DNA from: an uncultured Thermus sp.
GTDB lineage: Bacteria > Deinococcota > Deinococci > Deinococcales > Thermaceae
Assembly: GCA_947085095.1 (NCBI GenBank)
Contig: CAMTVD010000008.1
Location: 1-61,712, forward strand
Reading direction: 5' to 3'
Length of the DNA: 61,712 nt
The notes beneath the pieces were generated by a model, which saw nothing but the letters and a program-made list of their open reading frames with translations, was not told the origin of the DNA and did not search any database. Numbering within the stretch: position 1 is the first letter of the stretch; each line of letters starts with the position of its first letter. The position numbers and the translations under genes were made by a program. Shown piece by piece: positions 39,600 through 48,327 of this stretch.

Positions 39600-40823
39600 T
39601 TAGGCCACGGTGAACTTCACCCGCATCACCCCGTTCCACTCGTAGCCCCGCTCGTTCCAGGCCAGGTTGCCGTCCAAGGGCTGGCTCCGCCCGGCGGCGT
39701 CCCAGGCCCGGGCCATGACCTCGTGGGTCCCGGGGCGGAGGTAGAGGGTGGTCTGCCAGCGGACCCAGCCGAAGGTCTTCTCCTTGGTGGCCAGTTCCGC
39801 CCTCTGCCAGGTGTGCCCCCCGTTGGCGGAGACCTCCACGCTCACGATGGGGACCATCCCGTCGTTGAAGGCCACGCCCTCCACCCGCACGTAGGGGCCT
39901 TCCACCGTCTGGCCCTCGAGGGGGGCAAAGACAAAGCTGTTCACGTTGACCAGCCAGTTGGGCCGGGAGTTGGTGAAGCTGTAGGGGTAGCGGCTTCCCG
40001 GTGGCTGGGGCAGGAAGGGGAGGTGGGTGTTGGGGATGACGGGGACCCGGTAGCGGGGCATCTGCTCCGCGGTGGTGTTCTCCGCCTCGGCGAACTCAAT
40101 CTTCTCCACCCATTTCACGTTGTTCACCCCGAAGTAGCCGGGGAAGAGCAGGCGCACGGGCCCCCCGTGGACGGCGGGCAGGGGCTCCCCGTTCATGGAG
40201 AGGGCCAGGAGGGCGTTCTCCAGGGCGTGGATGGGGACGCTCTTGACGAACTCGGCCACGCCCCCTCGGCGGCTGGCGTGGGCGGTGATGTAAAGGGCCT
40301 TCTCCCCGAGCTTCACCCCCTTGCTTTCCAGGAGGGTCTTGAGCTTAACCCCCCGGAAGGTGGCGTTGCCCATCCCGCCCCGCACCCAGGGGTTGCCGGA
40401 GGGGCGGGGGGTGTAGAGGGTGCGCCCGTTCCCTGAGCACTGGAGGACCATGGTGACCTCGGTCTGGGGCAGGGCCAGGAGCTCCTTGGCCTCAAAGGCG
40501 AAGGGCTTGTCCAAAAGGCCCGACACCTCCACCCTCCACCCGTCCAGGCTGGCTCCCTCCACGGTGTTGTAGCCGGGAAGGTCCACGTTGTTGCGGATGA
40601 AGAAGATCTCCTTGGGGGTCCTCTCCGGCTGGCTTACGAGGAGGTTATAGGGAGTCTCCAAGACCACCGGGCGCTGGGAGAGGACAAGGACCCTGGGGTC
40701 CTTCCCCCGCACCAGCTGGTCCGCGGTGGGGGCTTGCTGCGCCAAAGCCCTGGGCCCGGCCGCCAGGAGGGCCGCCCCCATACCCATGAGCTTTAAGGTG
40801 GTGCGCCGATCCAACTTTTGCAT
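39600..40823 (-). CDS. Tat-exported sulfite oxidase-family molybdoenzyme (SorA-like)
   Basis: RRTTLK Tat motif, LQCSGNGR Mo-ligand Cys, MNGEPLP..HGGP.R, VKW. TTTACA-17-TATAGT promoter at 40873-40901. Confidence 0.92.
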   Translation of the reverse strand: MQKLDRRTTLKLMGMGAALLAAGPRALAQQAPTADQLVRGKDPRVLVLSQRPVVLETPYNLLVSQPERTPKEIFFIRNNVDLPGYNTVEGASLDGWRVEVSGLLDKPFAFEAKELLALPQTEVTMVLQCSGNGRTLYTPRPSGNPWVRGGMGNATFRGVKLKTLLESKGVKLGEKALYITAHASRRGGVAEFVKSVPIHALENALLALSMNGEPLPAVHGGPVRLLFPGYFGVNNVKWVEKIEFAEAENTTAEQMPRYRVPVIPNTHLPFLPQPPGSRYPYSFTNSRPNWLVNVNSFVFAPLEGQTVEGPYVRVEGVAFNDGMVPIVSVEVSANGGHTWQRAELATKEKTFGWVRWQTTLYLRPGTHEVMARAWDAAGRSQPLDGNLAWNERGYEWNGVMRVKFTVA

Positions 40824-40999
40824 AGGCTCCTCCCTCCCCGGGGGACATTCGTCCCCTTTTTCCGGTACCCTAACTATAAGGCCACACCCCTTGCCTGTAA
40901 AGGGTAGGGTATATGTTTTTTCTCCCCGATAAGGACGGGTCTTTAAAGCTTATGGACCAAGGGTATCGCTGATACCTTTTTCTGCATTGGCGGGTTAGG

Positions 41000-43435
41000 A
41001 TGGAAAGCATGCTCAAGGGCGAAGGCCCGGGCCCCCTCCCTCCCCTTCTCCAGCAGTACGTGGAGCTCAGGGACCGCTACCCTGACTACCTCCTCCTCTT
41101 CCAGGTGGGGGACTTTTACGAGTGCTTCGGGGAGGACGCGGAAAGGCTGGCCCGCGCCCTCGGCCTCGTCCTCACCCACAAGACCAGCAAGGACTTCACC
41201 ACCCCCATGGCGGGGATCCCCATAAGGGCCTTTGACGCCTATGCGGAAAGGCTCCTCAAGATGGGCTTCCGCCTGGCGGTGGCCGACCAGGTGGAGCCCG
41301 CCGAGGAGGCGGAGGGTCTGGTGCGGCGGGAGGTGACCCAGCTTTTAACTCCCGGAACCCTAGTCCAGGAGACCCTCCTTCCCCGGGAGGCCAACTACCT
41401 GGCGGCCATCGCCACCGGGGACGGGTGGGGCCTGGCCTTCTTGGATGTGTCCACGGGGGAGTTCAAGGGGACGATGCTCCAAAGCAAAAGCTCCCTTTAC
41501 GACGAGCTCTTCCGCCACCGGCCCGCCGAGGTGCTCCTGGCCCCGGAGCTCTTGGAGAACGAGGCCTTTTTGGAGGAGTTCAGGAAGCGCTTTCCCGTCA
41601 TGCTCTCCGAGGCCCCTTTTGCGCCCGAGGGGGAGGGGCCTTTGGCCCTGAGGAGGGCCCGGGGGGCCCTCCTGGCCTACGCCCAGAGGACCCAGGGGGG
41701 CGCCTTAAGCCTCCAGCCCTTCCGCTTCTACGATCCCGGGGCCTTCATGCGCCTGCCGGAGGCCACCCTAAGGGCCTTGGAGGTCTTTGAGCCCCTGCGG
41801 GGGCAGGACACCCTCTTCTCTGTTCTGGACGAGACCCGTACCGCTCCGGGAAGGAGGCTCCTCCAGAGCTGGCTCCGCCACCCCCTTCTGGACCGGGGCC
41901 CTTTGGAGGCACGGCTTGACCGGGTGGAGGGCTTCGTGCGGGAGGGGGCCTTGCGGGAGGGGGTGAGGCGGCTTCTTTACCGCCTCGCCGATCTGGAGCG
42001 CCTGGCCACCAGGCTGGAGCTTTCGCGGGCAAGCCCCAAGGACCTGGGTGCCCTCAGGCGGAGCCTCCAGATCCTTCCCGAGCTCCGGGCCCTCCTTGGG
42101 GAGGAGGTGGGGCTTCCCGACCTCACCCCCCTTCGGGAGGATCTGGAGGCGGCCCTGGTGGAGGACCCTCCCCTGAAGCTCTCCGAGGGCCACCTCATCC
42201 GCGAGGGGTACGACCCGGAGCTGGACGCCCTGAGGCGGGCCCACGGGGAGGGGGTGGCCTATTTTCTGGAGCTGGAGGAGAAGGAAAAGGTCAGGACGGG
42301 TATTCCCACCCTCAAGGTGGGCTACAACGCCGTCTTCGGCTACTACCTGGAGGTGACCCGGCCCTACTACGAGAGGGTGCCTTCCGAGTACCGCCCCATC
42401 CAGACCCTCAAGGACCGGCAGCGCTACACCCTGCCGGAGATGAAGGAGAAGGAGCGGGAGCTTTACCGCCTCGAGGCCCTGATCCGCCGCCGGGAGGAGG
42501 AGGTCTTCCTGGCGGTGCGGGAAAGGGCCAAGAGGGAGGCGGAGGTCCTGAGGGAGGCGGCGAGGATCCTGGCGGAGCTGGACGTGTACGCCGCCTTGGC
42601 CGAGGTGGCCGTGCGCTTTGGCTACACCAGGCCCCGCTTTGGCGAGGCCCTCAGGATCCGCGCTGGGCGCCACCCCGTGGTGGAAAGGCGCACGGCCTTT
42701 GTGCCCAACGACCTGGAGATGGCCCATGAGCTGGTCCTGGTCACGGGACCCAACATGGCGGGGAAGTCCACCTTCCTCAGGCAGACGGCCCTCATCGCCC
42801 TCCTGGCCCAGGTGGGAAGCTTCGTGCCCGCCGAGGAGGCAAAGCTCCCCCTCTTTGACGGCATCTACACCCGTATCGGAGCCTCCGACGACCTGGCCGG
42901 GGGGAAGAGCACCTTCATGGTGGAGATGGAGGAGGTGGCCCTCATCCTCAAGGAGGCCACGGAGAAAAGCCTCGTCCTCCTGGACGAGGTGGGCCGGGGC
43001 ACCAGCAGCCTGGACGGGGTGGCCATCGCCACCGCGGTGGCCGAGGCCCTGCACGAGAGGCGGGGCTACACCCTCTTCGCCACCCACTACTTTGAGCTCA
43101 CTGCCCTCGCCCTGCCCCGGCTCAAAAACCTCCACGTGGCCGCCAGGGAGGAGGCGGAGGGGCTCATCTTCTACCACCAGGTCCTCCCCGGCCCCGCCTC
43201 CAAAAGCTACGGGGTGGAGGTGGCGGCTTTGGCGGGCCTGCCCCAGGAGGTGGTGGGGAGGGCCAGGGACCTCCTCCAGGCCCTTTCCGCCCGGCGGGAA
43301 GGGGGCCTCGAGGCGGTCTTGGAGAGGCTTCTGGCCCTGGACCCGGACCGGCTGACCCCCCTCGAGGCCCTCCGCCTCCTCCACGAGCTCAGGGCCTTGG
43401 CCCTGGGGGCCCCCTTGGATACCATGAAGGGGTGA
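41000..43435 (+). CDS. mutS: DNA mismatch repair protein MutS
   Basis: GDFYECF, GPNMAGKST, STFMVEM, DEVGRGT. True start may be ATG 41009. Confidence 0.98.
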   Translation: MESMLKGEGPGPLPPLLQQYVELRDRYPDYLLLFQVGDFYECFGEDAERLARALGLVLTHKTSKDFTTPMAGIPIRAFDAYAERLLKMGFRLAVADQVEPAEEAEGLVRREVTQLLTPGTLVQETLLPREANYLAAIATGDGWGLAFLDVSTGEFKGTMLQSKSSLYDELFRHRPAEVLLAPELLENEAFLEEFRKRFPVMLSEAPFAPEGEGPLALRRARGALLAYAQRTQGGALSLQPFRFYDPGAFMRLPEATLRALEVFEPLRGQDTLFSVLDETRTAPGRRLLQSWLRHPLLDRGPLEARLDRVEGFVREGALREGVRRLLYRLADLERLATRLELSRASPKDLGALRRSLQILPELRALLGEEVGLPDLTPLREDLEAALVEDPPLKLSEGHLIREGYDPELDALRRAHGEGVAYFLELEEKEKVRTGIPTLKVGYNAVFGYYLEVTRPYYERVPSEYRPIQTLKDRQRYTLPEMKEKERELYRLEALIRRREEEVFLAVRERAKREAEVLREAARILAELDVYAALAEVAVRFGYTRPRFGEALRIRAGRHPVVERRTAFVPNDLEMAHELVLVTGPNMAGKSTFLRQTALIALLAQVGSFVPAEEAKLPLFDGIYTRIGASDDLAGGKSTFMVEMEEVALILKEATEKSLVLLDEVGRGTSSLDGVAIATAVAEALHERRGYTLFATHYFELTALALPRLKNLHVAAREEAEGLIFYHQVLPGPASKSYGVEVAALAGLPQEVVGRARDLLQALSARREGGLEAVLERLLALDPDRLTPLEALRLLHELRALALGAPLDTMKG

Positions 43436-45051
43436 TCCGCCCCCTCCCCCCCGAGCTCAAGGGGCTCCTGGCCCGGGGAGAAGTCCTCCTCTCCGTCAAA
43501 GACGCCGTGCGGGAGCTTCTGGAAAACGCCCTGGACGCCGGGGCCAAAAGGGTGCGGGTGGAGCTTTGGGGCGGGGGCCTGGAGCGGATCGTGGTGGAGG
43601 ACGACGGGGAGGGGATTTCCTTAGAGGATCTTCCCCTGGCCGTGGAGCCCTTCGCCACCAGCAAGCTTGTAGACCCAGAGAGGATCGCCACCCTGGGCTT
43701 CCGCGGCCAGGCCCTCTACGCTCTAAGGCAGGCGGCCACCCTGAAGGTCCGCTCCCGGCCCCGGGGGCAGGTGGGTGGGGGGCTCCTTCTGGCCCATAGG
43801 GACGGGGTGGAGGTGAGGCCGGTTCCCGCCCCCCCGGGAACCCGGGTGGAGGTCCTGGGCCTCTTCTTTGGGGAGGGGAGGGACCCCAGGGCGGAGGCCC
43901 GCGGGGTCTTGGAACTCCTCAAGCGCTACCTCCTCCACCACCCCCACCTCTCTCTGGCCTTCTTCCTCGAGGGGGAGGCGAGGCTGCTCTTCCCGGGAGC
44001 GGGGCTTAAGGAGGCGGCCCGGCTGGCCTTTGGTGGCCTCCTGGCCCAGAGGCTTTTCCCCCTGGAGAAGAGGGCCGAGGGTATGGGCCTTTTGGGCCTC
44101 CTCTCCGCCCCCCAGGCCTCCCGCACCCGGCCCGACCTCCTTTTCCTCTCGGTGAACGGCAGGCCCGTGGCCTTCCCCGAGGGCGTCCTCAAGGCCTTGC
44201 GCCGGGCTTACCGGGAACTCCTCCCCGAGGGGCACCACCCCCTGGGGGTCCTGAACCTTACCTTGCCCCCGGGGGCCTACCGCCTGCGCCTGGACGCCAG
44301 AAAGGAGGAGGTGGCCCTAAGCCCGGAGGTGGAGGCCTTTGTGGAAGAGGCCCTCAAGGAAACCCTGCCAACGCAGAACCTGGTCCGTGCCCTGCCAGAG
44401 CCCAAACCCCTCCTGTCCCTTCAGACCCCCACCCCTTCCGGCCTGCCCCGCCTGCGTTACCTGGGTCAGTTCCGGGATAGCTTCCTCCTGGCCGAGGCCG
44501 GGGACACCCTTTACGTGGTGGATCAGCACGCGGCCCACGAGCGCATCCTCTTTGAGGAGCTCCTGGCCCGCTTACGGGAAGAGGGGCTCGCTCCCTTGCC
44601 CTACCCCGTGCTGGTGGAGATCACCCCGGAGGAGGCGGCCCTTCTCCCCGAGGAAGGACCTTCCGCCCTCTTCGCCTACGAGCCCTTTGGCCCGGGGCGG
44701 GTCCGCCTCCTCGCCGCCCCCCCCTTTCTTCACCCCTACCCCCTCCTCCTGCCCGAGGTCTTTCGCGACGCCCTTAAGGGAGAGGGACGGAACCTGAAGG
44801 GCCTTCTGGCCCGTTTGGCCTGCCTCCCCGCCATCAAGGCGGGCCACCCCCTTCAGGGGGCTCAAGGACAGGCTCTCCTGGACGCCCTCCTGGCTTGCGA
44901 GACCCCCTGGGTCTGCCCCCATGGCCGACCCGTCCTCCTCCTCCTCAAGGAGGAGGACCTTATCCGCCGGTTTGGCCGCCGCTCGGGGGCTCGGGAAGGA
45001 GAAGAACCCCATCCCCATCCGCCACGAGAAACCACGAGGGGAGGATCCTAG
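43432..45051 (+). CDS. mutL: DNA mismatch repair endonuclease MutL
   Basis: ELLENALDAGA, DDGEG, LGFRG, DQHAAHERILFE, CPHGRP. Confidence 0.96.
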   Translation: MIRPLPPELKGLLARGEVLLSVKDAVRELLENALDAGAKRVRVELWGGGLERIVVEDDGEGISLEDLPLAVEPFATSKLVDPERIATLGFRGQALYALRQAATLKVRSRPRGQVGGGLLLAHRDGVEVRPVPAPPGTRVEVLGLFFGEGRDPRAEARGVLELLKRYLLHHPHLSLAFFLEGEARLLFPGAGLKEAARLAFGGLLAQRLFPLEKRAEGMGLLGLLSAPQASRTRPDLLFLSVNGRPVAFPEGVLKALRRAYRELLPEGHHPLGVLNLTLPPGAYRLRLDARKEEVALSPEVEAFVEEALKETLPTQNLVRALPEPKPLLSLQTPTPSGLPRLRYLGQFRDSFLLAEAGDTLYVVDQHAAHERILFEELLARLREEGLAPLPYPVLVEITPEEAALLPEEGPSALFAYEPFGPGRVRLLAAPPFLHPYPLLLPEVFRDALKGEGRNLKGLLARLACLPAIKAGHPLQGAQGQALLDALLACETPWVCPHGRPVLLLLKEEDLIRRFGRRSGAREGEEPHPHPPRETTRGGS

Positions 45052-45454
45052 CCCCGGCGAAGGCCACGGGCACGTCCACAAGGCCCCGGCCCCCCTTGGC
45101 GCTCTTCCGGGGCACGGCCGCCAGGGCCTTGACCCCTAAGGGGAGGCTTTTCAGCTCCTCCTGGTCCCGCACCGCCCCATGGACCACCACCCCGCTCCAG
45201 CCCCGTTCCAGGGCCAGCCGGGCCAGGTTCCCCCCAAGAAGGGCGGAGCGCAGGGAGCCGCCCCCGTCCACCACCAGGACCTGGCCCCGCCCATTCTCCT
45301 CCAGGACCTTCCGCACCAGGGCGTTGTCCTCAAAGACCCTCAGGGTGCGCACGCGCCCGGAAAACCGCACCTTGCCGCCAAAGTCCCGGAAAATGGGGCG
45401 AAGCCACAGGGCCTCGGGGTGGAGATCGGAAAGGTCGGTGGTGGAGAGTTCCAC
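44960..45454 (-). CDS. rraA: RraA/MenG family protein (HMG aldolase-like)
   Basis: FEDNALV, VDGGGS..ALLGG, GAVRD, ADGDG. Confidence 0.9.
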   Translation of the reverse strand: MELSTTDLSDLHPEALWLRPIFRDFGGKVRFSGRVRTLRVFEDNALVRKVLEENGRGQVLVVDGGGSLRSALLGGNLARLALERGWSGVVVHGAVRDQEELKSLPLGVKALAAVPRKSAKGGRGLVDVPVAFAGARILPSWFLVADGDGVLLLPEPPSGGQTGG

Positions 45455-45471
45455 GGAGGTAGTGTACCAAG

Positions 45472-45657
45472 GGGCGCCTCCTCATCCCCTGCCCGGACCG
45501 GCCTGGCATCGTGGCTGCCGTTACCGGATTCCTCTACGCCCACGGGGCCCACATCACCGACCTGGAGCGGCACTCCACCGATCCCGAGCACCTTCGCCTC
45601 CCACCTGGACCTAGCCGCCCCGCCCTGGAAAGGGCCTTCCAGGTGGTTTTCGTCTAA
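45472..45657 (+). pseudogene. purU: purU (formyltetrahydrofolate deformylase) remnant
   Basis: [33 protein letters not shown]-domain start joined to the terminal VVFV*. No start codon. Confidence 0.8.
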
Positions 45658-45703
45658 TCCCCCCCTAACTGTCGGGGCGTAGGGTGATCTTGGGAGGTGC
45701 GCT

Positions 45704-46906
45704 GTGAGCCTTGGCCGTTCGCTTTTGGGTTTTCTGGCCCTTTCCGCCCTGGCGGGAGCGGTGCTTTGGTGGGGTCTTTCCAACGGGCAGGGAAGGCCCC
45801 CCACAGGGGACCAGGGTCTTTTGGAGTACGAGCGGAACACCGTGGAGATCGTGGAGCGGTACGGGGACGGGGTGGTCTTCGTTTCCGTGGTGGGTCAGCC
45901 CCAAGGCCTTCCCCTGCCCCCGGGGTTTGAGTTCTTCGCCCCCTTCCTCCAGGTGCCTCCCCAGCGGGGTACGGGCTCCGGGTTCGTCATTGACAAAGAC
46001 GGGCACATCCTCACCAACTACCACGTCGTAGAGGGGGCGAGCCGCATCACGGTAAAGTTCCACGGTGACCCAATGGAGTACCAGGCCCGCCTGGTGGGGG
46101 CGGCCCCGCCCCTGGATCTGGCCCTCCTCAGGGTGAGCGCCCCCAGGGAGAGGCTCGTTCCCTTAGTCCTCGGGGACTCGGACCGGATCCGGGTGGGGCA
46201 GAAGGCCATCGCCATGGGCAACCCCTTCGGCCTCGAGTTCACCGTGACCCAGGGGATTGTCTCCGCCATCCGGGAGAACCCCGGGGCCATCGGGGACGAG
46301 TCTGGCCTGGTGCCCCAGGTGATCCAGACCGACGCCGCCATCAACCCCGGAAACTCCGGAGGCCCCCTCCTCAACTCCCGGGGGGAGGTGATCGGCATCA
46401 ACACCGCCATCTTCACCCCCACGGGCCAGTTTGGGGCAGCCCAGTTCGCCGGGGTGGGCTTCGCCCTGCCCATCAACCTGGTGAAGCAGTACCTGCCTGA
46501 GCTCAAGGCGGGAAAGACCCTGACCGCCGAGGCCATCATCCGGAGCCGCCCCCGCCTGGGGGTTTCCCTCATTCCCCTTGCCATTTATCCGGAGAGGCTC
46601 CGCCAGCAGTACAACCTGCCAGATAGTGGCCTCATGGTCCAGGAGGTGGAGCGGAATAGCCCCGCCCAGCGGGCGGGGCTACGGCCTCCCAGCCGTTTCG
46701 CCTACATCCAGCTCCCCACCGGGGAGACCCTGCAGGTGGGGGTGGACGGGGACGTCCTCCTGAAGGCGGACGGCGTGCCCCTCACCTCCATCGCCGGGCT
46801 CCGGCGGGTCCTCTACGCCAAGAAGCCGGGGGAGGCGGTGAGCCTCGAGGTCTTCCGCCAGGGCCGCACCTTCACGGTTAAGGTGGTCCCCCAGGTGATC
46901 CGCTAG
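45704..46906 (+). CDS. HtrA/DegP-family serine protease with one PDZ domain
   Basis: GSGF, TNYHVV, DLALL, QTDAAINPGNSGGPL. Confidence 0.95.
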   Translation: MSLGRSLLGFLALSALAGAVLWWGLSNGQGRPPTGDQGLLEYERNTVEIVERYGDGVVFVSVVGQPQGLPLPPGFEFFAPFLQVPPQRGTGSGFVIDKDGHILTNYHVVEGASRITVKFHGDPMEYQARLVGAAPPLDLALLRVSAPRERLVPLVLGDSDRIRVGQKAIAMGNPFGLEFTVTQGIVSAIRENPGAIGDESGLVPQVIQTDAAINPGNSGGPLLNSRGEVIGINTAIFTPTGQFGAAQFAGVGFALPINLVKQYLPELKAGKTLTAEAIIRSRPRLGVSLIPLAIYPERLRQQYNLPDSGLMVQEVERNSPAQRAGLRPPSRFAYIQLPTGETLQVGVDGDVLLKADGVPLTSIAGLRRVLYAKKPGEAVSLEVFRQGRTFTVKVVPQVIR

Positions 46907-47322
46907 GGGTAGAGGAGGCGGAGGCCCACGCAGGCCCCCTCGGCCCGGAACCACCTTGCTCCCACCTTGAGGGCCAGGCCCGACTCGGAGCAGTAGCGGA
47001 GGGTCTTCCGCCTCTCCTGGGCCAGGGCCTGGTTCCAGGGGTAGGTTCCCCCCGTGTAGTAGGCCTCGGTCTCGGGGTCGGTGTAGGCCCTGAAAGCCTG
47101 GAAGCGGAAGAGGGGGCGGAACTCCAGGAGGACGGGCCTCCCCGTTACGGAGTTTAAAAACTCCACCCGGATTTCCTGGAAGGGGAGGAGGACCCGGTAG
47201 GCCCTTTCCTGCCCGGTGTCCACCTCCACCACCCGGAGGAAGGAGGCGGCCAGGAGGAAAAGCCAAAAGGCCCAGCTCCCGAGGAGCCGGGCCAGCGGGT
47301 TTTCCCGCCTTAGGGCTTCCAC
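46903..47322 (-). CDS. TAXI-associated small membrane-anchored protein (DUF1850-like)
   Basis: N-terminal TM segment, F.NSV motif, last gene of the TAXI operon. Confidence 0.6.
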   Translation of the reverse strand: MEALRRENPLARLLGSWAFWLFLLAASFLRVVEVDTGQERAYRVLLPFQEIRVEFLNSVTGRPVLLEFRPLFRFQAFRAYTDPETEAYYTGGTYPWNQALAQERRKTLRYCSESGLALKVGARWFRAEGACVGLRLLYP

Positions 47323-47324
47323 CG

Positions 47325-48302
47325 CTACTTGATGGCCCCCACTTCGCGGAAGTAGCGCAGGGCCCCCTCGTGGTAGGGGATGGTGCCCCCCACGAAGCGC
47401 ACGGCGTTCTCCAGGGTGGTGTCCTTGGCGGCGGCCACCGCTTGGCGCAGGCCCGGGAGGTTCTCAAAGGTGGCCTTGGTGAGGGCGTAGGCGGCCTCTT
47501 CGGGGAGGCTTGCGTGGCAGACGAAAAGGTTCCAGAAGGTGAGGGTGGGGGTGTCGGAGCGGGTGTTGTAGACGCCCTTGGGGATCACCCCCGTTCCCGC
47601 CAGGCCGGGGAAGCGCCTCTGGAAGGTCTGGGCCACGGTGCTTCTGGGGTCAATGGGCACCAGGTAAAGCCTCTGCCCCTTCCGGGCCAAGGCGGCGGAA
47701 AGCTCGGTGATGGCCCCCGTGGGCAGGCCCCCGGACCAGAAGAAGGCGTCTATGGTGCCCTCGGAGAGGGCGTTGGCGCTCTCCTGGGCTCCCAGGCGCT
47801 CCTGTTTGGCGAAGTCCTTGGGGGAAAGCCCTGCTGCCTGGAGGACGAGAAGGGCCTCCACCTCCGTGCCCGAGCCTGGGGCCCCGGTGGAGACCCGCTT
47901 GCCCTTCAGGTCCTGGAGGACCCGGATCCCTGCCCCTTCCCGGGTGACCACGTGCAGGAAGTTGGGGTACATGGCGAAGAGGATGCGCACGCTCTTGGCC
48001 GGCTTTTCCTTGAAGCGCTCGTGCCCTGCCGTGTAGGCCAGGTAGGCGGAGTCGGGGAGGACGGTGCCGCAGTAGTAGGTGCCGCCCCCGGTGCGGTTTT
48101 CCAGGAGGAGGAGGTTATCTATGGAGGCGGCGGTTTGGATGGCCTGGGCCTCGGCCACCCCCGCCTTGTTCCAGATCTCCGCCAGGGTGGTGCCGTAGTA
48201 GAAGTAGACTCCGCCCACCCCCCCTGTGGCGATGACCACCCGGGGTTTTTGGGCTAGGCCGAAACCAAAGAGGACCAAGAAGACCACCAAGGCTCGCAGC
48301 AT
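47325..48302 (-). CDS. TAXI-family TRAP solute-binding protein (copy 2)
   Basis: IATGG.GGVY, DLKGKRVSTG.PGSG, GTIDAFF, YHEGA.RY. Confidence 0.92.
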   Translation of the reverse strand: MLRALVVFLVLFGFGLAQKPRVVIATGGVGGVYFYYGTTLAEIWNKAGVAEAQAIQTAASIDNLLLLENRTGGGTYYCGTVLPDSAYLAYTAGHERFKEKPAKSVRILFAMYPNFLHVVTREGAGIRVLQDLKGKRVSTGAPGSGTEVEALLVLQAAGLSPKDFAKQERLGAQESANALSEGTIDAFFWSGGLPTGAITELSAALARKGQRLYLVPIDPRSTVAQTFQRRFPGLAGTGVIPKGVYNTRSDTPTLTFWNLFVCHASLPEEAAYALTKATFENLPGLRQAVAAAKDTTLENAVRFVGGTIPYHEGALRYFREVGAIK

Positions 48303-48327
48303 CCTTTACCCTCCTTTCCCGCTCAAC

